64,000 nucleotides of DNA from Mustelus asterias (Eukaryota). Shown here piece by piece: positions 1-13,242 of this stretch. Within the stretch, counting starts at the first letter, position 1. Each line of letters begins with the position of its first letter. The DNA is taken from positions 62,001-126,000 of the forward strand of contig NW_027590452.1 in NCBI RefSeq assembly GCF_964213995.1, in the 5' to 3' direction. The position numbers were made by a program, and so were the translations under genes. The notes under the pieces were generated by a model, which made no database searches, was not told where the DNA came from, and saw only the letters and a list, made by a program, of their open reading frames with translations.

Positions 1-109
1 CGCTAAACCTGTGTGTGGAGGTCTGCAGCGAGAGAGAAGAAAGATCTCAAGCGGCAGTTTGGTGTTCAAATGTGGGAGCTGCCCTGCGAATGTGGAGAGC
101 TGGTGGGAA

Positions 110-740
110 TCCCTGGGGGCTCAGGGCCAAGGACAATGGCAAAGAGCCGGGGAGAACAGGAGGCGTGCTAAAGGGCAGAGAGCCGGGGGGGGGGGGGGGG
201 GGGGGAGAGAGAGAGGGCAGAGAGCCTGGGGAAAGGGACCACAGCCGGGCAACAGGGCAGAGAGCCGGGGGAAAGAGTAGAGAGTCAGGAGAAAGGGCAG
301 AGAGCCAATAGAAAGGGCAGGGAGCCAGGTGAAAGGGCAGAGAACCAGGAGAAAGGGCAGAGAGACCAGGGAAAGAGGAGAGAGCCAGGATAAAGGGCAG
401 GGAGGCCGGGGAAAGGACAGAGAGCCGAGGAAAAGGGCAAGCGAGCCCAGAGGAAAGGGCAGAGAGTCAGGGGGAAAGGCAGAGAGTCAAGGGGAAAGGG
501 CAGACAGCCAGGGGAAAGGGCAAAGAGGATAGGGAGCAGGGACACCGGGCAGAGAGTCGGGGGAAAGGCTAGGGAGCTGAGGGAAAGGGCAGATAGCAGG
601 GGGAGAGGGCCCAGAGCTGGAAGGAAGTGTAGCGAGCCAGGTGGAAGTGCGGAGAGCCGGGTGAAAGGGGAAAAGAGCCACAGGGAATGGCAGAGAGCCA
701 GGGGAAAGGGCAGAGAGCCGGGGAAAATGGGCAGAGAGTG
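110..740 (+). repeat. Purine/G-rich degenerate ~20-bp tandem repeat (consensus ~GGGGAAAGGGCAGAGAGCCA), ~1 kb upstream of IgM CH1
   Basis: Many recurrences of gaaagggcagagag(c/t)c. The ORFs across it are low-complexity artefacts. Confidence 0.9.
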
Positions 741-1714
741 GGTGATCGACGGGCGGAGTGAGGAGGTGCAAAATAGAGCTAGCACCACAATCAGATCATC
801 TGTAATCTCAATGAATGATGGAGGAGACTTCAGGGCCCGAATGGCCAACTCTTGCTCTGAATGTATGATTCTTCAATTAGTCAATGTTGCATTTATTTGA
901 ATTTGTAATCACATTTAGAGCTTCCTGGTCATTCAGTAAGTATTCATTCCGGAGATATTTTTGAAGCAAAGTCACTAATATTCGTTTTGTGGAGTGAGAG
1001 GCAGTGAGTTGGAGAGAGGAAGGGGTATATGTCAGTTTGAACACAGCCAATTTCCAAAACTACAATGTGGAGATGCCGGCGTTAGGTTGGGATGGGCACA
1101 GTAAGGAGTCTGACAACACCAGGTTAAAGTCCAACATGTTTATTTGGAATTGCGAGCTTTTGGAGCTCCTTCATCAGGTGAGTGGATGATATGAATGAAG
1201 AGACAACTTCTTCATCACAAAGTGCTGTTGTTTGAGAAATAAAGAGAGGTTGCAATAATGGAGAAAATCTTTGCTCTTCTCTGTTAATCCAATGAATGAT
1301 TTGTCATTTTGAGGACAGCAGAATGTTTTTTCTTTCTAATCTGATAGAGGTGGAGACAGGGATATGAGTTTCTACAGAGATGACGGATCTCAGATGATAG
1401 AAATAACAGAATCACAAAGGTGGATGTACGTTTTGATCGGGAAATATTAGGATTAGTTCATAATTCTAGTCAAAGTTTGAGATAGAAACATAGAAAATAA
1501 AGCAGGAGTAGACCATTCGGCCCTTTGAGCCTGCTCCGCCATTCACTTTGGTCAGAGCTCATCAATATCCTGATCACACCTACTACCCATATCCCTTGAT
1601 CCCTTTAGCCCCAAGAGCTTTATCTAACATAGAAACATAATTGTAAAAACATGTTTGATGACTTAATAAACGCAAGTAAGAGTCTAACTTGTTCAATCGA
1701 CTATTCTTTCCCAG

Positions 1715-2008
1715 CGACACCGTCTCAGCCCACTCTCTACAGCCTGGTCTCCTCCTGTCAGCAACGCAACCCCGACGGCTCCATCACCTACGGCTGTTTG
1801 GCGATGGACTACTCTCCGGATGTCACCAAACTGACCTGGAAGAAAAATGGGCAGCCGCTCACCAATGGGTTTAAGACTTACCCGTCAGTGAGAAACACGA
1901 AGGGAACCTACACCCTGAGCAGCCAGTTAACTATCACCGACTCAGAATGCCCCAAAATTCACTGTGAGGTTCAACACAGCGGCTCAGTCAAGAGCATTGG
2001 AATGCAAT
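1715..2008 (+). CDS. IGHM: IgM heavy chain constant exon CH1
   Basis: ttctttcccag acceptor and T|gtaag phase-1 donor. Translation (A)[14 protein letters not shown]...[10 protein letters not shown]...LTWKKNG...[11 protein letters not shown]...IHCEVQH is a C1-set domain typical of shark C-mu1. Confidence 0.95.
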
Positions 2009-2950
2009 GTAAGTGTTGTGGAACCTGGGAAAGACAGGGACGCTGTGATTGAACTGTATAAGGCTTTAGTTATAACTGATCTGTAGCACTCCGAAAAATT
2101 GGAATTGTGCAAAATCCAGGTAAGTGTCTACTGACTGAAAAGTTGCTCAGAACCAGAGGGCCATAGAAATGTTACTGTACAGAAGGAGGCCATTTAGCCC
2201 ATCATATCTGTACTAGCCAAAAGGGAGAACAAATAAACTATCCAGTCATTTTCAGCCCATTTTCCAGCCCTTGCTCTGTAGCCTTGCAGGTTAAAGCACT
2301 CGAGATCCAGACCCAGATACCTTTTAAATGAGCATGCTCCCTGGTAATTGAGCCCTCCACTTGGGGAATGAATTATTTCTACCTACATCATCCTCAGCCT
2401 CCTCTTTTTCTGAGGAGAACAACCCCTCCCTATCCAATCTCGCCTCATGGCTGCAATTTTCAGGCCCTGGCAACATTCTTGTAAACCTCATCTCTCTTCA
2501 GAGTCATTATGTCATTCCTGCAACGTGGTGACTAGAACTGTACAGCAAACTCCAACCGTGGCCTAACTAGCGTTGTATGCAGCTCCATCATTGCATCACT
2601 GTTTTTGTATTCAATTCCTCACATAATAGAGGAACTAATCCGATATGCTTTCTTGATCAATTTGTCCAGCTGCCCTACCATCTACAAGGACCTGTGGACA
2701 TGCACTCTAAGGTCTTGCATTTCCTCAATCCCTCTTAACCTTCCAGTTTATTGCCTTGCGTTGTTTTCCCTCCCTAAATGCATTGTGTGGCACTTTTGAC
2801 GGTTGAATTCCATTCGCCATTTCCCTGCCAATTCAACCAAACCATGGATATAATTCTCAAATCGGCAGCGATGGTGCTAAAATAAAAGAACTAATTTTAA
2901 TTGTTGTCAATTGAATCTTCAAGTAACATCTAAACATGTGTTTATTGAAG

Positions 2951-3271
2951 GCGACACCACCCCAGCCGTTATCCGCCCAACCGTTCTACTCACCGTGAGT
3001 TCCAGTGAAGAAATCACAAGCAGAAAATTTGCAACCATCGTCTGTTCAATCATCGATTTCCAGCCAAAGTTAATGACGGTGAAGTGGCTGAAGAATGGAC
3101 AACCCATGGATTCAGGAATTGTCACCTCTCCCGCCTGTAAAGTGAACGGAAACTTCTCGGCCAGCAGTCGGCTGACAGTCTCCGCTCAGGAATGGATCAG
3201 CAAAGCGGTCTATACCTGCCAGGTCACTCATCAAGAATTCATTCTGAGTCAGAACATCAGCGGATCTCTGG
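2951..3271 (+). CDS. IGHM: IgM heavy chain constant exon CH2
   Basis: ttgaag acceptor, G|gtaag donor. [28 protein letters not shown]...VKWLKNG...[14 protein letters not shown]...YTCQVTHQ. Confidence 0.95.
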
Positions 3272-4185
3272 GTAAGAGACTCAAACCGAGGATAAAATAT
3301 ACCATTCCGATGTTAATCAGAATTAGGGGTCTATTAAAGTTAGTACAAAACACAGAACAACTTCTAATTTACTGGCATGTGGTTTGCTGCATTAGGACAG
3401 TGCCCCATTCAGAATTTCATCACAACAGCAATTTTTGTTATTCCTTCATGAGATGTGCATTTATTTCCCATCCCTGAGGGCACTTAAGTGTCAACCACGT
3501 TGCTGTGGATCTGGAGTCACATGCATGCCAGGCCAGATAAAGATGGCAGATTTACTTTTTTAAAGGGCATTCGTGAACCAGGTGAGCTTTTACAACAACG
3601 GCTTCATGGTGATCATTTGACTTTTAATAGATTTTTATTGAATTCAAATTTCACCATTTGCAGTGGTGAGATTCGAATCCGTGTCTCTTCAATTAGAATC
3701 TTGTCCTCGGTCTCTGGATTACAAGTCCATTGACAATACCACTGCCTCCCCTTGAAAGAGTGTTTCTTTCTATTTTGAAGTAACATAGTGAGCGAGGCAG
3801 CCTTGATGTCAGCTTTTTTCCTGAGACGGCTGGTAAGATTTGGAGAAACAGTTGGTGTTGGACTGTTTCACAGGTCACAGCGGAGGGGTAAAATGTTGGA
3901 AAGTGCATTCACCCTAATAATTAATCAATGACAAGTGCTGTGTTCCTGAGTTGGGGCATGGTTTGGAATGCTGCAATGCTGATTCATGAGAATGATACCG
4001 CTGCTAAAATATTTTAATAAAGAGAATAATTTCACAGAACAAGCTGGTTTTCCATCGTCTATAGAAGTTTAAAGGCGATACTTAGAGGTTGATATCTCGA
4101 AGGCGACTTTTTCTCCTTTAGGGTGAATACTGCTGTCCTGCTTCTGAAGAGGGAACTCGGGTTGATTTTCGTTTGTCATTCACAG

Positions 4186-4494
4186 GTCCTTGCCAGTGCC
4201 ATGATCAAACAGTGACGATACAGCCACCACCAATAGAACAGGTCCTACTGGAGGCAACAGTGACCTTAACCTGCATCATTTCTAATGCTCCTTATGGAGT
4301 CAACGTGTCCTGGATCCGAGACGGGAAGTATTTGAAATCTGAGATTGCCGAAAAGCCTGGAGCGGATCCTGACAGCGTGGTCAGCAACTTAAACATCTCG
4401 ACACAAGCCTGGCTGAGTGCGGCTGTGTTTCACTGCGTGGTGAGCCATCAGGATCTGCCGACTCCTTTAAGAAAATCCATCCACAAGGAAACAG
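4186..4494 (+). CDS. IGHM: IgM heavy chain constant exon CH3
   Basis: cattcacag acceptor, G|gtgag donor. [16 protein letters not shown]...[10 protein letters not shown]...NISTQAWLS...[21 protein letters not shown], characteristic of shark C-mu3. Confidence 0.95.
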
Positions 4495-4579
4495 GTGAGC
4501 TGAGAGATTGAAGCAATAAATGTGTCACTGTGTCTATTTCCAGTGTAAGTGGAGTGGTCAATATTTAGTATTCAGTGCA

Positions 4580-5318
4580 TTTATACAATAAATGGCAGAG
4601 TCATCAGGAGTATAGAAACACAGAGGGACCTAGGTGTGCAAGTCCACAAATCCTTGAAGGTGGCAACACAGGTGGAGAAGGTGGTGAAGAAGGCATATGG
4701 TATGCTTGCCTTTATAGGACGGGGTATAGAGTATAAAAGCTGGAGTCTGATGATGCAGCTGTATAGAACGCTGGTTAGGCCACATTTGGAGTACTGCGTC
4801 CAGTTCTGGTCGCCGCACTACCAGAAGGACGTGGAGGCATTGGAGAGAGTGCAGAGAAGGTTTACCAGGATGTTGCCTGGTATGGAGGGTCTTAGCTATG
4901 AGGAGAGATTGGGTAGACTGGGGTTGTTCTCCTTGGAAAGACGGAGAATGAGGGGAGATCTAATAGAGGTATACAAGATTATGAAGGGTATAGATAGGGT
5001 GAACAGTGGGAAGCTTTTTCCCAGGTCGGAGGTGACGATCACGAGGGGTCACGGGCTCAAGCTGAGAGGGGCGAAGTATAACTCAGACATCAGAGGGGCG
5101 TTTTTTACACAGAGGGTGGTGGGGGCCTGGAATGCGCTGCCAAGTAGGGTGGTGGAGGCAGGCACGCTGACATCGTTTAAGACTTACCTGGATAGTCACA
5201 TGAGCAGCCTGGGAATGGAGGGATACAAACGATTGGTCTCGTTGGACCAAGGAGCGGCACAGGCTTGGAGGGCCGAAGGGCCTGTTTCCTGTGCTGTACT
5301 GTTCTTTGTTCTTTGTTC
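4580..5318 (+). mobile_element. 5'-truncated CR1-type LINE (RT C-terminus and 3' tail) in the CH3-CH4 intron
   Basis: ORF 4549-5337 has the CR1 ORF2 motifs RDLGV, LVRPHLEYCVQFWSP and RRMRGDLIEVYKI, and ends in a (gttcttt)n tail. Confidence 0.92.
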
Positions 5319-5730
5319 TATTAATGGTGTCCCCTGAGTGGAAACTCTACTAACTAAAGACTCTGGTCCTGCAGATATTTTTACGGGGAAATTTGATGTG
5401 TTGATGAATGAAAAGTGAACTGAAAGCGATGTTATTGGGTTTAGATCGAATAAGGAGGGAGGAGCCTGATGTGGAGCATGAAAACCAATAAAAAAGCAGA
5501 TCAGTTGGGCCGAAGAGCCTGATTCAGTGCTGTAAACTTTCTGAAACTTTCCAGTCCAACCCGCTGAGTTATTTGAGAAAACAATTGCGTTCACCTCTCC
5601 TCCAAGCTGGAAGTCAAAAATAGAAACATTTAAAATCGAAAGCGAAGCACATTTTTCTGATATCTAGCCAGCAGTTCCATTGTCTCCAGAATTCTCCAGT
5701 TTATTGACATCTATTCTACATTTTCTGCAG

Positions 5731-6122
5731 ATCCAAATCCGCGGGAACCGTTCGTCTCTGTCCTCCTGCCCTCGGCAGAAGAAGTCTCCGCTCAGAGATT
5801 CGTCTCCCTCAGCTGCTTAGTGAGACGTTTCTCCCCGCGAGAGATCTTCGTCAAATGGACCGTCAACGACAAGCCGGTGAATCCTGGGAACTACAGGAAC
5901 ACCGAGGTGGTGGCGGAGAGCGGCAACAGCTCCTTCTTCATGTACAGCCTGTTATCCATTGCAGCAGAGGAATGGTCCAGCGGTGCTTCTTACTCCTGTG
6001 TGGTGGGACATGAAGCCATCCCCTTGAAGCTCATCAACAGAACAGTTGACAAATCCAGCGGTAAACCCAGTTTTGTGAACATTTCCCTTGCTCTGATGGA
6101 CACCGTTAATTCATGTCAATGA
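5731..6122 (+). CDS. IGHM: IgM CH4 exon plus secretory tailpiece (internal donor at 6060/6061 for the membrane form)
   Basis: ttttctgcag acceptor. [14 protein letters not shown]...[16 protein letters not shown]...[24 protein letters not shown]|[19 protein letters not shown], with N-I-S sequon and penultimate Cys. G|GTAAA internal donor. Confidence 0.96.
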
Positions 6123-6149
6123 GAATCATTCGCGAACATTAAAAACTTC

Positions 6150-6155
6150 AATAAA
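6150..6155 (+). terminator. Polyadenylation signal for secreted IgM mRNA
   Basis: AATAAA ~28 nt after the secretory stop codon, with a second copy immediately downstream. Confidence 0.75.
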
Positions 6156-6952
6156 AATAATAAAATACTTTTCCTCTAACGACAAATGAAATAGCCAAAC
6201 GTTTAATTGATTGTTTTTCAGTTTTACTTCCATTAGCTATCTTTGGTTTGAGTCAGGTATTTTCAGGTCTCAGGCCCAAGTCTTGTTGAACCAGTGCGTC
6301 CAGCTCAGATACACCCTGTGTTAGAGACAGAGTAGAGCGCATTCATTACAGGATTCTGCAAAATATCTTCACCGACTTTCCTCCCTGAGGAAAACTCCGA
6401 CAATTTCAACATTTCTGACAAACAAACACAACATTTAGATCTCGGTGTTCCTGCTTCTCTCGTTGTCCATGCCTTTACGCATTGATGTCATATTTAAGCT
6501 GCTGCACCACACCCACTGGGAACTGAAGTGAGGGTCACACCAGAAACATGGAGCAACAATCCCCCCATCAGAGAGAGGGAGAGTGAAATTGTTAACATAC
6601 CGGATTCCTACTCACCCAACAAAGAGAGGGGAGGAGCAGTAGCTAACCCATGTACCATCACTTCCTCAATGAAAAGAGGAGGAATGGCATTATTTAACCC
6701 ACTCACCTCCACCTCCTCAGTGGTTAGAACCATCAGGGACATTGCTTCACCAGGTAGAGAGAGGGAAACTATGAGCTCACTCTCCTCCCTTTCCCCAGGT
6801 AGCGTGTTTGGAAGGGAACGGCTCTCGACTATAAGGACTCAGTTGTCAAAAGTACAAATTAGTTTTCGGTTTACTTGCTGCAGACTTTGAAGTATCATTA
6901 TCAAAGTGTCATTGAAGTATATAATACACATATACTTATATATATATATACT

Positions 6953-6987
<35 letters not shown>

Positions 6988-7309
6988 GAATGTATACTTA
7001 TATACATATATACTTATGCAACATAATTTAAAAATGTTTCAACACTCTTGTTCCTGTTAATCATGTGCTGGCATTGATTTCCCATGATACAAATTTAAAC
7101 AAATAATAGAATCCTCCCCGGTTTTCACTGTTCTGTCACTGAGGTTTCTGAGATGCATCATTGAATTATTTCATTCGCTCTCCTGATATCACCGTGCCAC
7201 TCACATAAAAGAAATTTCTACAGCAAACACTGAAAATATGCTCCATTATTCATATTGTTTGGATCATGTTCAGTTAATGATTGCCGGTGAAACTTGAAGC
7301 AACAGTTAA

Positions 7310-7880
7310 AACATACACACACTGACAATACTGCACAAAACTGTCACAATTATAAATGCACACATCGGCGTACACACACACATACACACACACAGACACA
7401 CACACACACAAGCACACACAGACACATCGACACAAATGCACAAATACTCGCACAAATACACATGCTCACAAAATGCACACAAATGCAGAAAGACACATGT
7501 AAATACACACACACAAATGCATGCACATATACAGAAATACAGACAGACGCATTCAAATACAGACATAGAAGCACACATACACAGCACATACACATGCACA
7601 AAAACACACAGATACATGCATACACACAGATACACTTTCACACACCATAGGTACATGCAGTACTTGCACAAACGAACACACATGCAGAGAAACAAGAATG
7701 CACACACAAATACACTCACGGACAACACAGGCACAAACAAAAATACACACACTAATACACACAGACACAAATATACCCACACAAAAATACACCCATACAT
7801 AAATATATCCGTACACAAATATACATAGGCACACACACACATTCTCTCTCTCTCTCACACACACACATACACCCACAGAC

Positions 7881-7911
<31 letters not shown>

Positions 7912-8770
7912 GACACACACACATATGGATACAAAGACTCGCGCTTGTACAAACAGGCACTAAAACAACAACATACGTAGATAATCAGATATGTACAAAC
8001 ACACACATATAGACATAAAACACACAAGTACATACACAGACACATACGTGAGTAGGTACACAGACCCAAACACAAACACATACATGCAGAGACACAATAC
8101 AGACAGAAACTCACATAAATACACAAGCACATACATAGACTCAAATAAGTACATGTATATCAGCACACATTCACGCTGACAGAAATATAGATAGAAAGAC
8201 GCATAATGTTGTACACATTAACAAACATGCATGGAAATATATATAAACAAATTAGCAGACTGCATATAGATGAACAGACTGCAAAACATTTACACGCAAA
8301 CATGTAGACGCAAACATTAACATGATCATACAGAACAGAACACCATAGCACACATTACTACACATCGAAACACTAACATACATCAACACACCGTTATAAA
8401 GAACTATCAACACGTATATACATATACTGACCTGTTAACAGACATGCACACGGACACACGGAGAAACAGACGCACACAGAAAGGGAAACAAACATTACGA
8501 GAGTGACAGAAATTAACACATAGCAATAGGCATAAACACATGTGCACCCATTAAGAATGGCATTAATAAATATTCATAGACTTCACACAATAATAGACTC
8601 ATACATACACAATGACAAGAATAAAATATACACACAGATGCAGACACACAACTTCACAAATCAACAACCATAGGCAAATGAACACGTACATTAACACTGT
8701 TGCACACATATTAACTCAGAGCCAAAGAATAATGCAGACCAGGAGGTGCTCATGCACACGCACACAAACG
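7310..8770. repeat. Degenerate CA-rich low-complexity tract in the CH4-TM1 intron
   Basis: (CA)n/ACAC/ACAT-rich sequence. ORFs here are H/T- or C/V-rich artefacts. Confidence 0.85.
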
Positions 8771-9322
8771 CAAGATCTTAAATACAAACGGTAGGCAAAT
8801 GATGAATGTAAAATTTAAAGGTGACTTTTTAATGCACATATCCACAGATTAACTATCCCAATGTACAATGAACAAACACATTGAGAAGCTGAATTAAGCT
8901 CATGACCTATTTCCACCATAAAGAAGCACAGATCGGAAATTACATCCCAACTCTTAAACAACAACATTCACAGTTTATAGATCAGTAACCATCTGTGAAA
9001 ACAATCATTGATCAGTGAACGTTCCTCAATATCAGTCATAACATTCTTCAATAAGGGATAGTGGCAAATAGTTCAAAAATGAACTGATACTCAATTAAAC
9101 ATCTTCAGTGTTTTCTGACATGGACTGTCCAAGGAATGTCAATAAAGATCAGGTGTGAAAATAGTTACGGAGATCGGTTACTGAGTGTCCTGAATTTAAC
9201 AGTAGATATACATTGAAAATTAAATTCGAGATTAAATGGAGAACGGGGAACATAAAAATAACAATAAGATCACCTGGATAAATAAAGTAATCTAATTTCA
9301 GTTCCTGGTCTCCGTCCCCTAG

Positions 9323-9450
9323 ACTCCACTGACCGCGTCTGGATTGACGACAATGAGGATGATAACAGCAACATCTGGACAACCGCTTCTACATTCATAG
9401 TGCTGTTCTTCCTGAGCATTTTCTACAGCACTGCAGTCACTCTGGTGAAG
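9323..9450 (+). CDS. IGHM: IgM transmembrane exon TM1
   Basis: ccgtcccctag acceptor, AAG|gtgag donor. Manual translation DSTDRVWIDDNEDDNSNIWTTASTFIVLFFLSIFYSTAVTLVK: acidic spacer plus the conserved Ig TM (CART) motif. Not in the ORF track. Confidence 0.95.
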
Positions 9451-9590
9451 GTGAGGTGATTCAATTCACTCACATTTCAAACTGGCAGAATGGATTTGAA
9501 AAGAATGTCAATGTTTCGCTGATTAAAAACTTTAACATTAATGTCCCGCATCATCAACATCTGCTTCATTATTGTACCTTTCTTTTGCAG

Positions 9591-9599
9591 ATCAAATGA
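9591..9599 (+). CDS. IGHM: IgM TM2 exon coding part (I-K-stop; cytoplasmic tail KIK)
   Basis: ctttcttttgcag|ATC AAA TGA, 140 nt after the TM1 donor. Matches the two-codon TM2 architecture of IgM. Confidence 0.85.
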   Translation: MK

Positions 9600-11049
9600 T
9601 GGGTTGATTTTTGGAAGCTGCAGATTTCCCTCAGCTGATTATCAAGATCTCTGTATGGATCAAATACAATATCTGCTCTCGGTGACTCTATCAGTAAAAT
9701 TCTCTCAGTTTATCATTCTGAATCTGTAGCTGAGGCAATCATAGACGTTAATTCAGTTTTCAGTGTGAAATGTACGAGGCATTTTTTGTTATAATGTAAT
9801 TGTGGTTAGTAGTTTCTCCGTAGTTTAAAGATCATGTATAAATAAGAAACTTTTCTCACTCCTTATTCACATTTGATAATTCCTCTTTCTATGAAGGTCC
9901 TGTTTTCTCTTTCTGGTGTATGTAACAGATGTACAGATACTGACGGATTCCCTGTGCATCTGTTCTGTTCTCAATGTGAAGCTCGATCGTTATGTTCACT
10001 TTTCTAACTTTAAAAGAATAATGTTGCTGTAAAATATTCTCTGAATTTTTAAAATAAATATTGAATGAAATTTTAACCATCTCTGGCTTGGCTTAATTCC
10101 GTTCTCCAAAACACATCAACTCCACCCCATTGTCCCTATTATACGGTTTCCCCTCTTTCCCAGACAGGGATTTTCCCCAGTCATGTGTGGGATGTGGTTG
10201 AACTCAATTCCCTTCAGTGAAAGAGTCACTGCGCCACCCAGTGACCCATCCGTGTAAATACACCTTCATCTCTGCCTTTTTATGATAAAATCCAGATACA
10301 GAATGAATGAATAATGAGGAGAACTGCGGTGATTTCACGCATAAACTGGTCTGTCACTGACGAGTTTCAGGTAATTCTAATCAGCAAAAGGCTCCTTCAT
10401 TAGAGGCCGATGCAGGACAGCATGTGGCAGAAGATAGTTTCCTATACACTGTCCCTTAAAAACTCCATCAGTGTCGCTGCAGCGTGGGTTAACAGAGTGT
10501 ATCTCTCTATATATCGTCCGATGAAATACTTCCCAGGCAGGCAAACCACAAGCTAGATAGAGAACACATGCAGAACAGATGTGCAAACCATGGGGTGAAA
10601 CCAAGAGACTGAGATGTATTTCACATAAGCACATCATCGATTGCAAATTTCCGAATTATGACTCGTGTTGTGGGATAATTTGAGATGACCAATACTGTCG
10701 TTAACTACAGACAATATAAAACTCACAAGGCAGGTACCTCTGTGTGAGGAGGTCAAAATGAACATTCCCACCGGCTCATTTCCAAAACTGGATAGACACG
10801 TGATCCTGAGTCCCAGTACGATCTATTCTATGTCTAAACATTGAATGTCCCCATTCATAAAGTTGCAAAATGCGTTCCCTCGCCAGAAATTTTCAGATAT
10901 TAATTCTGCTAACTACTAAGGTTCCCAGGCCATTGGCTCTCAACTCTTCGATTCATCACCATACCTTACAGTGACTTGCTTTTGGTTGAAATGAACAATA
11001 ATTCATTCAATACATAAATTACATTTAAAATATGAGCATATATGTTTTA

Positions 11050-11460
11050 TAATGGTCGGCTTATGATGAAAGTAAGGAGGTGTGGGATAGAGGGAAAGTT
11101 GGCCGATTGGATAGGTAACTGGCTATCTGATCGAAGACAGAGGGTGGTGGTGGATGGAAAATTTTCGGACTGGAGGCAGGTTGCTAGCGGAGTGCCACAG
11201 GGATCAGTGCTTGGTCCTCTGCTCTTTGTGATTTTTATTAATGACTTAGAGGAGGGGGCTGAAGGGTGGATCAGTAAATTTGCTGATGACACCAAGATTG
11301 GTGGAGTAGTGGATGAGGTGGAGGGCTGTTGTAGGCTGCAAAGAGACATAGATAGGATGCAAAGCTGGGCTGAAAAATGGCAAATGGAGTTTAACCCTGA
11401 TAAATGTGAGGTGATTCATTTTGGTAGGTCTAATTTAAATGTGGATTACAGGGTCAAAGG
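11050..11460 (+). mobile_element. CR1-type LINE reverse transcriptase fragment
   Basis: SGVPQGSVLGPLLF, KFADDTK and WQMEFNPDKC motifs. Confidence 0.9.
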
Positions 11461-12186
11461 CCTTTCCATCCACCTCCATCTCACCATGTTCTTCCACAGG
11501 TTGTGGATGATATGAGCATCTCCTGGGGATTCTGGACTGGTCCTTTGTATTTTCCGACATTCCTGAATCTGAGATCTTTTCATTCTAATGTCCTGGAGTT
11601 CAGCCCTGAGATTTGAGTTGCTGACCTGTCATATCAACTTCAGAGAGAGAAGGATGAACGGCCAGCATGCGAGTTCAGAAGACCTTCTCTGAATGGTTCC
11701 AGTTGAAAATTAAAGTTTCTTTCTGCTCGAATCTCTATTACTCATCATGTCTGCCGCCCCACGCAGCCAAGGGCCGACCCTCCCTCTCTCTTTTACTTTT
11801 ACCTTCAGTGGTCTGACTCCCGATCTCAATGTACTTTCCCCAAGATCGGGAGGTCTCACGTTGGTCAGGGCGACCGTTTCTTTTCTAACGCGTGCTCTAC
11901 TGAATCTGGGAATGAGTGATTGGATAATGTAGAGGGAGATTTGTATTGCATCACACCTATACCATACCTGTCCAATAATGTGACACCAGATTGTAGAGCG
12001 AGGTTTTAATTCTATCTGTGCTTAACCTATTGGACTTAATAACACGCTTTGCTGATAACCAGTAAACACACACCACACACACATACATTTTAGTTGTTAT
12101 GAGTCTTTGCTGGTTGGGGCGATGAAAAGATTCTATTCATAACAAATTATTAATACAACTTTATGAAAGATGGAAGTATTCATATA

Positions 12187-13172
12187 AGAACAAAGAACAA
12201 AGAACAATACAGCACAGGAACTGGCCCTTCGGCCCTCCAAGCCCGCGCCGCTCCCTGGTCCAAACTAGACCATTCTTTTGTATCCCTCCATTCCCACTCC
12301 GTTCATGTGGCTATCCGGATAAGTCTTAAACGCTCCCAGTGTGTCCGCCTCCACCACCTTGCCCGGCAGCGCATTCCAGGCCCCCACCACACTCTGTGTA
12401 AAATACGGCCTTCTGATATCCGTGTTAAACCCCCCCCCCCCTCACCTTGAACCTATGACCCCTCGTGAACGTCACCACCGACCTGGGAAAAAGCTTCCCA
12501 CCGTTCACCCTATCTATGCCTTTCATAATTTTATACACCTCTATTAGGTCACCCCTCATCCTCCGTCTTTCCAGTGAGAACAACCCCAGTTTACCCAATC
12601 TCTCCTCATAACTAAGCCCTTCCATACCAGGCAACATCCTGGTAAACCTCCTCTGCACTCTCTCTCAAGCCTCCTCGTCCTTCTGGTAGTGTGGCGACCA
12701 GAACTGGACGCAGTATTCCAAATGCGGCCGAACCAACGTTCTATACATCTGCAACATCAGACCCCAACTTTTATACTCTATGCCCCGTCCTATAAAGGCA
12801 AGCATGCCATATGCCTTCTTCACTACCTTCTCCACCTGTGACGTCACCTTCAAGGATCTGTGGACTTGCACACCCAGGTCCCTCTGCGTATCTACACCCT
12901 TTATGGTTCTGCCATTTATCGTATAGCTCCCCCCTACGTTAGTTCTACCAAAATGCATCACTTCGCATTTATCCGGATTGAACTCCATCTGCCATTTCTT
13001 TGCCCAAATTTCCAGCCTATCTATATCCTTCTGTAGCCTCTGACAATGTTCCTCATTATCTGCAAGTCCAGCCATTTTCGTGTCGTCCGCAAACTTACTG
13101 ATCACCCCAGTTACACCTTCTTCTAGATCGTTTATATAAATCACAAACGGCAGAGGTCCCAATACAGAGCCC
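12187..13172 (-). mobile_element. 5'-truncated CR1-type LINE (RT plus 3' tail)
   Basis: Minus-strand ORFs with KFADDTK, LVRPHLEYCVQFW and RGDLIEVYKI. (aagaaca)n tail at ~12187. Same subfamily as the copy at 4580-5318. Confidence 0.92.
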
Positions 13173-13242
13173 TATATGAATAAAATAAACACGCATTATG
13201 ACACTGAATACCAGCAACCTGAAACCATTAATCGCAGACGTT

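Noticed and set aside
4186-4203. C-Q-C motif at the start of CH3 as an unusual hinge
   Set aside because: To my knowledge a CxC at the CH2/CH3 junction is normal for shark IgM.
1715-6122. Assignment as IgM1gj, IgW or IgNAR
   Set aside because: Four C domains with mu-type CH3/CH4 and a mu-type secretory tail indicate conventional IgM. IgM1gj lacks CH2.
7294-8351. Multiple His/Thr- or Cys/Val-rich ORFs
   Set aside because: Artefacts of degenerate CA-rich DNA in the CH4-TM1 intron.
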